Source: a virus. From it: a DNA stretch of 64,000 bases. The translations under genes and the position numbers were made by a program. The stretch spans positions 1-64,000 of IMG/VR virus record IMGVR_UViG_3300023117_002343, one strand, 5' to 3'. A model generated the notes under the pieces. The model did not search any database, was not told the origin of the DNA, and was given only the letters and a program-made list of their open reading frames with translations. This document shows, piece by piece, positions 28,152 through 37,220 of the stretch. How positions within the stretch are numbered: the stretch's first letter is position 1; every line of letters begins with the position of its first letter.

Positions 28152-31100
28152 TCAGCTGCATTCACGAATTATTTTTGCAAAAAATTTGGGATTTACATCA
28201 ACTATTGCAATTTTATTTTTTTGATATGCAAAAGCCTCGGCTAAACTAGCCGACTTTAAAGCTTTTTCAATATTTTCGTCGTCAATGTTCAGGTCAGCTA
28301 TTTTGGGTCGATTACCACTTTTAGCCCAGCGAAAAATAATATTTTTCACTAAAGATTTTGCTTTGTCGTCCTTCAGTCCAGCCGCCTTTAAGGCAGCAAT
28401 AGTATTGGAACCAACCAGGTAAATAACGGTCATTTTTGATTGATTTTTTGGCCGTTTAGCCCCCGGGGCACCTTTGATATTTTTACGAATATCGGAAATG
28501 TCTTTAACTGGGCCGGCATTAGTAAATCCTCCAGTGGAGGATTTTCTTTTTTTATCGCCTCTTGTTCGCGTATAAGAAATTCGATATTGATCGCCATCAA
28601 CACCGCTGGAAATTTTTGCCAGCTCAGACTCTAAGCCATCAGAATTAACAAATACACCGTCAGCTTTTAATTTGGCCAATATTGAATCGTATCTAGCATG
28701 ACGGTCAGCAAATTCCGGCGCGTCTTTATCGCCCGATCGTCGGGCATCGGAAGCGTATTTTTGAAACGTTTTCTTTTTTAAAATTCGAAATACCTTGGCG
28801 CCTTCAGGGTCAAAAACAACCACCGCATTATCGCCTTTGGCAATCTGGGCCGGCTCAACTGCAACCGGTGGAATTTCTGATCGCTGCGGCGCAGTTGGAA
28901 TTTTTACCTTCTTTCTTTTGTCGACAATCATTACATTGACATTTGGCGCCGTTAAATCAAAATCAGGAAGTTTTTCTTTGATTGCCTGAATAACATATGG
29001 AATTTGACTGGCTTTTGTAATTTTGGGTGGTACGTCTGAAGAAACTGAATTAACTGTAAATTTAGCAACTCCACCCGTTTTTTCCAATTCTTCCGTGCCG
29101 CTGAGTCCGGTGATTTCGATTTCAGTTCGTTCAAAAAGATGATTATACAAACGTTTTAAATTTTCATTGACACCTTCTTCATCATAAAGCGTAATTGTTA
29201 CATTTGATTCAGATTCGGGTTCTGGAGCGACATTTTCTGCCGGCGGAGTGTCAATTAAATTTAATTGTTGCAACAGCGTATTTAAAGTCCCCATTCGAGA
29301 TGCCGACTTTGCGCGCTTTCTAATCAATGCTAAAGTACCGCCGGCGGCAACTGTTGAAATTCCAATGCCGGCAAGTACTGGCGCAGCGCCTGTCATTAAT
29401 GCAACAGTTGATGCAGCTTTTGCAGATCCAACTTTTTTTAAAGTTTTAACGGTTATTTTTTTAGGTACCGATTTTGTGATAGTTTTTAACGCTGCATTCA
29501 TCACAAATTGATTTAATTTATTTCCGACGCCAACGCTAAAAACATCTTTTCCGGGAAATTTAAGTCTTGCTGCAACATCGCCGCCCCTTGCTGTGCCGCC
29601 AGAAAAAAGATTCCAAAGGGAACCGTCCTGCCCTATATTTTTGACTCCAATATCCTCGGGGTTATTAATCGCTGTCTTCATCCACTCAAAAGCTTTTCCA
29701 GGATTGCCGCGGCCTTGCGTGAGAGAGGCAATATTTTTCAACCCGGTGTCTAAATCACCACCACCAACTTTAAGAGCTGCATTTTTTAAATCTTCTATAG
29801 AGGCATCAGCTCCAAGTAAATTTTCACCAGAGTCTAGCCCCATAATCCTAGAAACTTGCTGGGTTAAACCTCCGCCACCAGCTTTAACACTTCCCAAATT
29901 TTTCATTTCCGGATTTGCTTCGAAGTAAGAAGTTTTCATTTTTTCCATAACTTCTTTTGTTGAAGTATCCGTTATATCAGTTGTTTTGGGTATATCTAAA
30001 GTGTCCAAAACAAAATCGTGAAACCATGGTTGATTAGCAATCCAACCTAAAGCGCCCAAAGCCGCGCCAGTACCGGCAATAACCACCGGTGCCTTAAGAC
30101 TGGTCATTCTTTGAAAAACAGGCGAAGATTTACCACGCATAATTTTTTCATATTCAGCGTCCGGATCAATTTCTTCGCCAGAATTCCGTTGTTTTTCGGC
30201 CTCTTCTTCAGCGTTTATTTTTTCTACTTCGGCTGCCCAATCTTTTTCCAAAAGAAGATTTAAATTTAAATTTTTACTTTCAACCATTTCGGATGACATG
30301 CCGTGAGCATCCGGATCTATATCGCCTTCTATGCGATCTCCGCCTCCAAATGAAGCGTACATGCCTCCCTTTTCACGTTCAGTGTCAGCCATATATTTTT
30401 GCACGACAATACGAAGTTGCTCGATAATGTCATTGGCAACTTCGGGAGGCAAGTAGCCGTCTTGACCTGACTTCTTTTGTGTAGCAGCCACAATTGAATC
30501 GTAAGTCGATGCGATGGTATTGACGCCTGAAAAGAAAACATTAGCATGTTTATTGACCGGAAATTTTCGATCTTTTTCTTTAGAACCCAATCCTGTTTCT
30601 AATTCTTGAGTTTCTTGCTCTATGGCCTTAACCAGATCTTTTACCGTGTCGTGCCCTTCTTTTTCTGAAATTTTTGCAAATATTCGTTGCGCTTCTTCCC
30701 ATCCTTTGGGTTCTTTTTTAAGCTTAATTTTTTTGAGAATATTGTCAATTCCGCCGGCAAAAGAACCAATGCCGGCTTGAACAGAATCCCAAAAACCCTC
30801 TGTTAGCAGAGGCGATTCTGATTCTATCAGACCGCTTTCTTTAAGTTCTGCTATAGTCTTTTTAACAATTCTGGAATAGAGATCGTTTTTTGTGGAGCGA
30901 TAAGCCAAGTAAAACGGATGCAAAACTTCGTTTAATTGAATTAATTCAATTTTTTCTTCTAAGATTAATCTTTTTTGAGACGATTCAAAAAGCAAAGATA
31001 GCGATTTTCTATTTTTAGCATGCTTTTGTATTAAAGCTTTTCTTTCAAAAAAAAGTTCTTGAGTTAAAAAAGCTCCACATTGATAATTGGATTTTACTTT

Positions 31101-31388
31101 ATTTTCGCTTAACCACCCTTTTAAAGGCATACCAGGCATGCCGCGGTGGTCACCTATGCCATAAGATGGAGAAAAATATCCCTTTTGGCCCGTGGCAACA
31201 TCTTCAAAAACTGGCTCATCAGGACCCCAATCTCCCGGCTTTATTCCGACAAAGCGCAACTCTGTTCCAACTGGCAAATCGCGCTTGCCTTCCCAACCGC
31301 CTACTGATAATGCACCGTCACCCCAAAGCCTAGCTGAACGTTTACCTGAATGAATAACGCGATATACTTTACCAGTTTTTAATTCCAC
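28152..31388 (-). CDS. Large AT-rich putative internal virion/ejection protein (1078 aa)
   Basis: Multiple LxE clusters and two Gly/Ala-rich hydrophobic segments. Confidence 0.65.
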   Translation of the reverse strand: MELKTGKVYRVIHSGKRSARLWGDGALSVGGWEGKRDLPVGTELRFVGIKPGDWGPDEPVFEDVATGQKGYFSPSYGIGDHRGMPGMPLKGWLSENKVKSNYQCGAFLTQELFFERKALIQKHAKNRKSLSLLFESSQKRLILEEKIELIQLNEVLHPFYLAYRSTKNDLYSRIVKKTIAELKESGLIESESPLLTEGFWDSVQAGIGSFAGGIDNILKKIKLKKEPKGWEEAQRIFAKISEKEGHDTVKDLVKAIEQETQELETGLGSKEKDRKFPVNKHANVFFSGVNTIASTYDSIVAATQKKSGQDGYLPPEVANDIIEQLRIVVQKYMADTEREKGGMYASFGGGDRIEGDIDPDAHGMSSEMVESKNLNLNLLLEKDWAAEVEKINAEEEAEKQRNSGEEIDPDAEYEKIMRGKSSPVFQRMTSLKAPVVIAGTGAALGALGWIANQPWFHDFVLDTLDIPKTTDITDTSTKEVMEKMKTSYFEANPEMKNLGSVKAGGGGLTQQVSRIMGLDSGENLLGADASIEDLKNAALKVGGGDLDTGLKNIASLTQGRGNPGKAFEWMKTAINNPEDIGVKNIGQDGSLWNLFSGGTARGGDVAARLKFPGKDVFSVGVGNKLNQFVMNAALKTITKSVPKKITVKTLKKVGSAKAASTVALMTGAAPVLAGIGISTVAAGGTLALIRKRAKSASRMGTLNTLLQQLNLIDTPPAENVAPEPESESNVTITLYDEEGVNENLKRLYNHLFERTEIEITGLSGTEELEKTGGVAKFTVNSVSSDVPPKITKASQIPYVIQAIKEKLPDFDLTAPNVNVMIVDKRKKVKIPTAPQRSEIPPVAVEPAQIAKGDNAVVVFDPEGAKVFRILKKKTFQKYASDARRSGDKDAPEFADRHARYDSILAKLKADGVFVNSDGLESELAKISSGVDGDQYRISYTRTRGDKKRKSSTGGFTNAGPVKDISDIRKNIKGAPGAKRPKNQSKMTVIYLVGSNTIAALKAAGLKDDKAKSLVKNIIFRWAKSGNRPKIADLNIDDENIEKALKSASLAEAFAYQKNKIAIVDVNPKFFAKIIRECS

Positions 31389-31389
31389 T

Positions 31390-31956
31390 TTAGTTCTCCA
31401 GTTCTGTCTTCACGCGTTGTTGAAGCAAATAGCTGTGTCCCTCGTGCACATTGGCCGAGGCAGCCAGCATATCATTGAGCCCAAGGGAGAGCATGTCTGC
31501 CTCTTCCAGTTCCGCAAACATCTGCTCGACGAGCTCCACATAGTTGCGTTCGATCTCCAGGCCGACTGCTGCCATGGCCAGCGAGGAAATGGCCGGGGGC
31601 GATGGATAGCTCTGTAGAACCTGCAGCGCCATCTTGGTGATGTGCATCGGACATGCAATGCCTTCATCGCCGGTGACCCCAACAGCTTTCTCCACAGCAC
31701 CGTCAATTTCGTCCTGTATGGCCACGTAAATTCTGCCAAAGATATCTACATGGTCTCCAGCGAAAGAAGCGCCACGTGTGACGTGGTGCGCACCGTGAAA
31801 CCACAGCTGCATGCCGCGAAGCATGCCGAGCCACTGGCTGAGCCTCCTGGAGAGCAGTGTATTGTCGACGGGCTGTTTAACCGACCCTATCGCTTTGGCA
31901 ACCAGCTGTGCTTCAACAGCATCGTCTGCTGGACATTCGCGAATCAGATCACTCAT
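31390..31956 (-). CDS. dps: Dps/ferritin-like protein
   Basis: HGAHHVTRGASFAGDH..IFGRIY....DEIDGAVE matches the Dps H..V.G..F..H..F...Y.......D..AE pattern. Start at ATG 31956 (MSDLIRE). Confidence 0.8.
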   Translation of the reverse strand: MSDLIRECPADDAVEAQLVAKAIGSVKQPVDNTLLSRRLSQWLGMLRGMQLWFHGAHHVTRGASFAGDHVDIFGRIYVAIQDEIDGAVEKAVGVTGDEGIACPMHITKMALQVLQSYPSPPAISSLAMAAVGLEIERNYVELVEQMFAELEEADMLSLGLNDMLAASANVHEGHSYLLQQRVKTELEN

Positions 31957-32524
31957 GAAAGTCACCTCCAACAAAAACTTCAAGCTCGCCAGGCATGTCC
32001 TCGCCTTTGGACTCCAACTTGTACTCCAGGTATTCACGCACCGAGTTCATCATCAGTTGCGCCTGAGCAATCTTATACTCGCACCACTGCGGCAGGTCGT
32101 CTTCATCGTTGAGCAGCTGATAGAGCCTGTAAGCATCGACCGCAATATTTCTCAGAGCGCCACGAGCCATTCTGCCCTCTCTCGAATCGGAAGCCGTGTG
32201 ACCGTAGTCCAGCATTCTGCCTTCGTGCGATTCGTTGATGGGCGAAGTTCTTGTGTAGGGCTTTTCAGGATAAAGATCGCTTGTGTCTTCTGTCCTCGTA
32301 AAGTGGTTCTGAGCTCTCATTCGGTACTGCTCTCTCTTGGCATGCTGCTTGACCTGCTCAGCCATGTAGAGATCGCAGCCGTGATCTCGCATCAGATCCG
32401 CTTCGCTAACGGCCAAAAGCTCAGTAAGCTCCACCGGGCGGAGGGGAGCGTGAGACAAACATTTGACAATGGCCAGTTCCAAGTCTCGTTTGGCCTCAGA
32501 AAGAATTCTTTTATTGGTGTGCAT
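31949..32524 (-). CDS. Conserved phage helical-domain protein, putative head-associated
   Basis: EGRMARGAL...A..L...L.DEDDLPQW...KI..A...V..YLEY; RILSEA leader. Start at ATG 32524. Confidence 0.65.
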   Translation of the reverse strand: MHTNKRILSEAKRDLELAIVKCLSHAPLRPVELTELLAVSEADLMRDHGCDLYMAEQVKQHAKREQYRMRAQNHFTRTEDTSDLYPEKPYTRTSPINESHEGRMLDYGHTASDSREGRMARGALRNIAVDAYRLYQLLNDEDDLPQWCEYKIAQAQLMMNSVREYLEYKLESKGEDMPGELEVFVGGDFHE

Positions 32525-32544
32525 GTGACTACCTCGCTTGGTTG

Positions 32545-32551
32545 TAAATAT
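32545..32551 (-). promoter_or_regulatory. ATATTTA putative late promoter
   Basis: Upstream of the 32524-dps-31388 gene run. Confidence 0.6.
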
Positions 32552-33180
32552 CACCGACGCGAGTAGTTTGCACTCCTGTATCCCAAAGATCGCAAAGTTT
32601 GAGCGTCGAGCCTGCACAACTCTCTGGTCGCCGCAACTTTGCGTTTGGGAATGTAAAAGCCCTGGTCGTCTCGCCAGACTTCTACCGGTCCTTTTGTCGA
32701 AGCCGCCACAGCAAGCCTTGAACAGCCCTGAAGCACTGCTGCTTTTTCTGCAGACATCTTTTTGGGCGGCGCTTCGCCTCGCCTTGCTGACGAGATTGCC
32801 GCAGGAGAGAAAGCAGTGTAAGTCCGACCGGATCCATTTCTCACCTCCACAGTTATTGCAGCTTCGTTGTCTCGGCCAAGATTAAATAAGCCTCGACGAA
32901 AGGGAACGCCTGAAGATTTTGCATCGCCGTCTCCCTCTCGGCGCCTGGAACGCTCCTTGACCTCTTTGATGAGTTTGAGGCCTCGATTGTAGCGGCCATC
33001 TTTTAGTGTTTCCAGCGATTTTTTACTGGCGTGGATCTCCATTACCGGAGCGGTCTTGTGGTCCCATATCATGTGGCCCACATATTTTTCGACGTCTTTT
33101 GCACACAGGCGGCACTCGTCGATGGCGCCGATTTCTCGGTCCGCCGCGGTAATTTTTGCTTCACAGTGTTTGCATTGCAT
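32551..33180 (-). CDS. Hypothetical protein with N-terminal Zn ribbon
   Basis: CKHC...CRLC; ATG at 33180 after AGGAGG. Confidence 0.65.
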   Translation of the reverse strand: MQCKHCEAKITAADREIGAIDECRLCAKDVEKYVGHMIWDHKTAPVMEIHASKKSLETLKDGRYNRGLKLIKEVKERSRRREGDGDAKSSGVPFRRGLFNLGRDNEAAITVEVRNGSGRTYTAFSPAAISSARRGEAPPKKMSAEKAAVLQGCSRLAVAASTKGPVEVWRDDQGFYIPKRKVAATRELCRLDAQTLRSLGYRSANYSRR

Positions 33181-33199
33181 GTTGCTTCCTCCTGACGAC

Positions 33200-33229
33200 A
33201 TTATACCACAGCAGACCGAGAGATTACAC
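33200..33229 (-). promoter_or_regulatory. GTGTAA-N18-TATAAT putative early/middle promoter
   Basis: Perfect TATAAT with a conserved upstream GTGTAA. Confidence 0.65.
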
Positions 33230-33230
33230 T

Positions 33231-33476
33231 TTAATCAAGATGATCGATGCAGAGTTCAGACTCGAGCACATGAACCACCTGATCGTATTCAGTTGCTTCG
33301 TGCGATTTGAGCTTGGCTTTCTTTTTGGCGGCAGAAAGAGCAGCTTTGAAAACCTTGGGATCAACGCGATCTTTAAATTCGGCCAACACCTGTTTTTTAT
33401 CCTCTTGCAGAAGTTTGATTTCATTTTCAAGGTTCATGTAGCGCTCAAAAAGTTCTTTTACGTCTTTGTTAGTCAT
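33231..33476 (-). CDS. GapR/T4 DsbA-like dsDNA-binding protein
   Basis: ER..NLENEIKLLQEDKKQV.AE.K....DPK.....L...K pattern; 81 aa. Confidence 0.65.
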   Translation of the reverse strand: MTNKDVKELFERYMNLENEIKLLQEDKKQVLAEFKDRVDPKVFKAALSAAKKKAKLKSHEATEYDQVVHVLESELCIDHLD

Positions 33477-33684
33477 TTTTTTTATCTTCCTGTTTTTCTA
33501 ATATAGCAGTGAGAATAAATGCACTGACCACATTGATCAGTGCAAATCCGTAATTTTCGATGATGAGATTATTAAGCAGCATCACCAGGTTGAGAGAGAT
33601 GCCGGCAGGCAGTACCAGGTGCCAGATCGTTTCAGATCTTTTCACAGTACTTTTTGTGTGCCATGATAATCGTTCCGTTATCAA
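33469..33684 (-). CDS. Small membrane protein
   Basis: Two hydrophobic segments; start codon uncertain. Confidence 0.4.
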   Translation of the reverse strand: MITERLSWHTKSTVKRSETIWHLVLPAGISLNLVMLLNNLIIENYGFALINVVSAFILTAILEKQEDKKND

Positions 33685-33847
33685 GGCTCACCCAGTAATG
33701 ACTGCCGATACCTCCAATGATTATGCCCAGATCGTTTTTTGCCACGCGCACTCGATTTCCGTTGACAGCCATATTAATATATACGCCTTCAGTCATAGAA
33801 ACCAGAGGACCCGCTTCGACGGGCAAATCGTAAGTTTCAGCCTTCAT
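33632..33847 (-). CDS. Hypothetical protein
   Basis: In-operon ORF. Confidence 0.5.
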   Translation of the reverse strand: MKAETYDLPVEAGPLVSMTEGVYINMAVNGNRVRVAKNDLGIIIGGIGSHYWVSLDNGTIIMAHKKYCEKI

Positions 33848-34187
33848 CGCTCGCTTTTGTCGACTTTTTCTTGGTAGCTTTCTTCTTGCGAGTCGTCTTC
33901 TTGGCCGGCTTAGCTTCTTCTACTACAGCTGCCTTAGTAACAACTACCGGCTCTTTGACTTCGACTTGCATGCCGCCCGTATAACTAACGTTGTTTTCTG
34001 CTTTCGGTTTTTCAGCCTTTTTGACTGGTACTGGTTTGGCAAAAAGTTTTTCCAGCGAGCCGTCGACGGGCAGATCAACTTTTTTGCGCTCAAAGACAGC
34101 CTTGGCCTCTTCCAGAGTTTTTGCACCCTTGACGAAATCTTCGAGCTTCATCCTTCTTCTCTTCGATAAAAATTCCCATGTTGCCAT
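33837..34187 (-). CDS. Hypothetical protein with Lys-rich tail
   Basis: GGAGG SD; MATWEFLSKRRR start and basic C-terminus. Confidence 0.65.
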   Translation of the reverse strand: MATWEFLSKRRRMKLEDFVKGAKTLEEAKAVFERKKVDLPVDGSLEKLFAKPVPVKKAEKPKAENNVSYTGGMQVEVKEPVVVTKAAVVEEAKPAKKTTRKKKATKKKSTKASDEG

Positions 34188-34188
34188 T

Positions 34189-34470
34189 TTATTCGACCTC
34201 CGTAATCAGAGCTGCTACGCTCATCTGAAATGTGGGATTCTTGGCAATTTTCATGATGTTGTCTTCGTTGGTCTCAATGCCGCGCTCTTCGCAGATGGGC
34301 TTGGCAATCTTGCACATTGCTGACAGCAACACGTTGCGAACATTGGAGGGACCGATCTTGATCCCATTTTTCTTGCACTCCACCGAAATTTGCCTGTAAT
34401 TTTTGGCACCGGGCATTTTTGAAACTGAACAGTACCCGTTGTCAAACGTTTTGCCTTTTGGCATTGCCAT
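34189..34470 (-). CDS. Small HTH protein resembling sigma region 4.2
   Basis: NYRQISVECKKNGIKIGPSNVRNVLLSAMCKI; TAATG overlap with the sigma gene and a GGAG SD. Confidence 0.55.
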   Translation of the reverse strand: MAMPKGKTFDNGYCSVSKMPGAKNYRQISVECKKNGIKIGPSNVRNVLLSAMCKIAKPICEERGIETNEDNIMKIAKNPTFQMSVAALITEVE

Positions 34471-35183
34471 TAAATATCTCCTTGCTCTTCTTCGAGGCCA
34501 AATCGCATTTTGATGATAATTTTTTCGCGCTCCGTCAGAGTCTGCAGCGCCTCTTGAATCTTGGCCTGCAGTCGATCACCGTCGATTTTTTCCTCTGCCG
34601 AAATATCTTCTGATGGGATCATTTCAGACAAGGGTGCCAGACCAGCATCATCTGAATTAGTATAGCGCGGCTGATCAAGCGAAACGGAAGAGGCAGCAGA
34701 CTGTCGCAGCGATGCCAGCGTCTTCGTCGTCGTATTGAACATGTTAGCCACTTCTTTGTCTGTCGGACGCCGACCGAACTGCTTCTGATAGTCTTTTTCG
34801 AACTGTGAAATTTTATACAGCTTGAAAAAAGTGTTAGAAGGCAGATCGATCGGGCCGCAGTTAGCAGCCAGATACTGACGCACTGACTGCTGAATCCACC
34901 AGTAAGCATAGGTGGAAAACTTGAATCCCTTGGTCCAGTCAAAGCGATCAACTGCATGCGTCAGACCAATGATAGACTCTTGGAAAAGGTCTTCTAGGTC
35001 AACGCCTTTGTTGATGTACTTTTTGGCCACACTCATTGCCAGGCGCAGATTGGCTTTGATCATCTTGTCTCGCGCCCGTTTGTCTCCTTTTTCAATTCGC
35101 TTTGAAAGCTCTTGTTCTTCTTCTTTCGTAAGCAGCTTTGTTTTGCCAATAGAATCAATCAACGAAAATGAAGTTGATTTCAT
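34470..35183 (-). CDS. Sigma70-family RNA polymerase sigma factor lacking region 4.2
   Basis: LLTKEEEQEL, ANLRL..SVAKKY, DLFQE..IGL..AVDRFD..KGFKFSTYA.WWI and VSLDQP; ends at LTERE..II.MRFGL-EEEQGDI-stop. Confidence 0.93.
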   Translation of the reverse strand: MKSTSFSLIDSIGKTKLLTKEEEQELSKRIEKGDKRARDKMIKANLRLAMSVAKKYINKGVDLEDLFQESIIGLTHAVDRFDWTKGFKFSTYAYWWIQQSVRQYLAANCGPIDLPSNTFFKLYKISQFEKDYQKQFGRRPTDKEVANMFNTTTKTLASLRQSAASSVSLDQPRYTNSDDAGLAPLSEMIPSEDISAEEKIDGDRLQAKIQEALQTLTEREKIIIKMRFGLEEEQGDI

Positions 35184-35209
35184 ATTTTTGATCTCCTCGA
35201 GATCTTAAG

Positions 35210-35401
35210 TTAAACCTTATGTCCGCGATTTTGTGCTTCGGCCTGCAGGTAACACACCTCGACTTCAGCTTCCTGCGTAGACTCGCCAGCTTTGCGCTTC
35301 TTGGAAATAATGCGCTTGAGCCTTTTGATAGAGCCAAAGAGCTCGTCATCTGACATGGACAAGACGTCCTCATATTGGAATTTGGGAACTGTGTATGCCA
35401 T
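35210..35401 (-). CDS. Hypothetical protein
   Basis: AAGGAG SD; in-operon. Confidence 0.6.
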   Translation of the reverse strand: MAYTVPKFQYEDVLSMSDDELFGSIKRLKRIISKKRKAGESTQEAEVEVCYLQAEAQNRGHKV

Positions 35402-35412
35402 CTTAAATCTCC

Positions 35413-37023
35413 TTAAATACTGTTAAAGTAGGCAATTTCGTTGTTCTCACTCGAGAATTCCTCTGTTATTATACACCCAATTGACAATAAATTACACGCA
35501 ACTGACAAACTATGTTCCACTGCAGACACAACGACTGCATGTGGATCAAGTATGCCAAGTTCAAACATGTTTCCATATCTATTATTTTTACCGTCATAGC
35601 CGAAATTTACAGCCACACGATTAATTTTTTGTACTACCAAATCGGCAGAGACTCCGCAGTTTTCAGCAATCTGCCTCAGAGGCGACTCCAAAGCGTCTAG
35701 AAATGCAAGAGCCCCAATACCGTAAGAGTTTTTAGGCTTGAACTGTTTTGCTGCGCGCTTTTTGGCTCGAGCCAGAGCTACACCGCCGCCCGGCTGTACC
35801 CCTTCTCTCAGAGCTGCTCGGGCCGCATGCAAAGCATCGTCGACTCGATCGCGCCTCTCAAACATTTCTGCCTCGGTTGCCCCACCGACTTGAATGACAG
35901 CAATGCCGTCACTGAGCCTCTTGAGTCGCCTCTCTGCGATCTTTTTATCGTCTGAGCCTATTGCAGGATCGTCCAGAACTTCTCGCGCGGATTTTGCGCG
36001 GCTCTGCACGTCGTCATTTTGCTGCGTGCCAAAAAGTAGCGTGGTGCGATTGGTGACAGTCGCTTTTTTGACGCTGCCTAGTATTTCATCTAGCTCTTCA
36101 GCTTTCAGTGCCTGTTTTGCGTCGGTGACCACTGTGGCACCAACCAAAGCCGCCAGGTCTTGCAGAGCTGTGACTCGAGCTCCAGCAAATTCCGGCGACT
36201 TGATGACGCAGACTTTTAAGCCGGCTTTTACGCGATTCAGAACCAGTGCCTGAAGCGCTTCTCCACTCACACCGTTGCAAACTATCAGCAGACTGCCGCC
36301 CGATGCCGCAATGCGCTCCAGGGCAGGCACCAGAGGCGCCAGAACAGTCAGCTCATCGTTTACCACTAGCACATCAGGAGAATCGAGCTCAGCGACCTGT
36401 TTTGCGGTATCTGTTACAAAATAAGGCGACTCATATCCTCTGTCGATATAAGTGCCGTCAACAATGGTTAATGTGGTATCATAACCTTTTGCATCCTGTA
36501 CTGAAACAGCACCATCAACACCGACTCGATTAATTGCTCTGCTGATAATCTCACCTAGGTCGCGATCTCCGTTGGCTGAAATGGTTGCAACATTGATAAG
36601 CTCGTCCTCGCCAATTGTGACGCGCGTTGACTCAAGTTCTTTAGTCACTTCTTCCGCCGCGGCTCTCATGCCGTCCAGCACGTCGACAACGCTGTGTCCA
36701 GCCGCTAACAATTTATCGCCGTTATGAATGATTTCGCTGGCCAGCACAGTCGACGTGGTTGTGCCATCTCCTGCCACAGCAGCGCTGCGTTGCGCTGCCT
36801 CACGTACCAGGCTGGCACCAACATTTTCGTAAGCATCTTCTAGAAAAACAGAACTGGCTACAGTCACGCCGTCTTTGGTCAAGTGCGGTACTTCTCCGTT
36901 GCGACAGATTGCCACGGTTTTGCCCATAGGACCCAGAGTGACTTTGACAGCCGCAGCCAGCTTTTCAACACCGGTAATCAGCTTGGCTCGAGCTTCTTCG
37001 TCAAATAACAGAGAAGAGCTCAT
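35413..37023 (-). CDS. groEL: Group I chaperonin (GroEL-like, phage-type)
   Basis: AVKVTLGP.G, TKDGVTVA, AGDGTTTSTVL, ATISANGD, DRGYESPYF, RVDDALHAARAA and GGGVAL. Confidence 0.95.
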   Translation of the reverse strand: MSSSLLFDEEARAKLITGVEKLAAAVKVTLGPMGKTVAICRNGEVPHLTKDGVTVASSVFLEDAYENVGASLVREAAQRSAAVAGDGTTTSTVLASEIIHNGDKLLAAGHSVVDVLDGMRAAAEEVTKELESTRVTIGEDELINVATISANGDRDLGEIISRAINRVGVDGAVSVQDAKGYDTTLTIVDGTYIDRGYESPYFVTDTAKQVAELDSPDVLVVNDELTVLAPLVPALERIAASGGSLLIVCNGVSGEALQALVLNRVKAGLKVCVIKSPEFAGARVTALQDLAALVGATVVTDAKQALKAEELDEILGSVKKATVTNRTTLLFGTQQNDDVQSRAKSAREVLDDPAIGSDDKKIAERRLKRLSDGIAVIQVGGATEAEMFERRDRVDDALHAARAALREGVQPGGGVALARAKKRAAKQFKPKNSYGIGALAFLDALESPLRQIAENCGVSADLVVQKINRVAVNFGYDGKNNRYGNMFELGILDPHAVVVSAVEHSLSVACNLLSIGCIITEEFSSENNEIAYFNSI

Positions 37024-37220
37024 CCCTTGAGGACTCGCTTATTTCCCTCTGCCAAAACGGTAGCCTTGTATCCCAAGACTCTTTTTTCTCCTGACTTCAC
37101 ATTTTCTGCTACTACCAAATCGCCAGCAACATAAGCATATTCTTCGCTGGTGATCGTCTGTGCATTGCGCAGCGATTGAAGCTGCTGGGCGCTTAAAAGC
37201 ACTTTTGTGTCAAACTGCAT
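37020..37220 (-). CDS. Hypothetical protein (upstream of groEL)
   Basis: ATG at 37220 after AGGAGG; ATGA overlap with groEL. Confidence 0.6.
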   Translation of the reverse strand: MQFDTKVLLSAQQLQSLRNAQTITSEEYAYVAGDLVVAENVKSGEKRVLGYKATVLAEGNKRVLKG

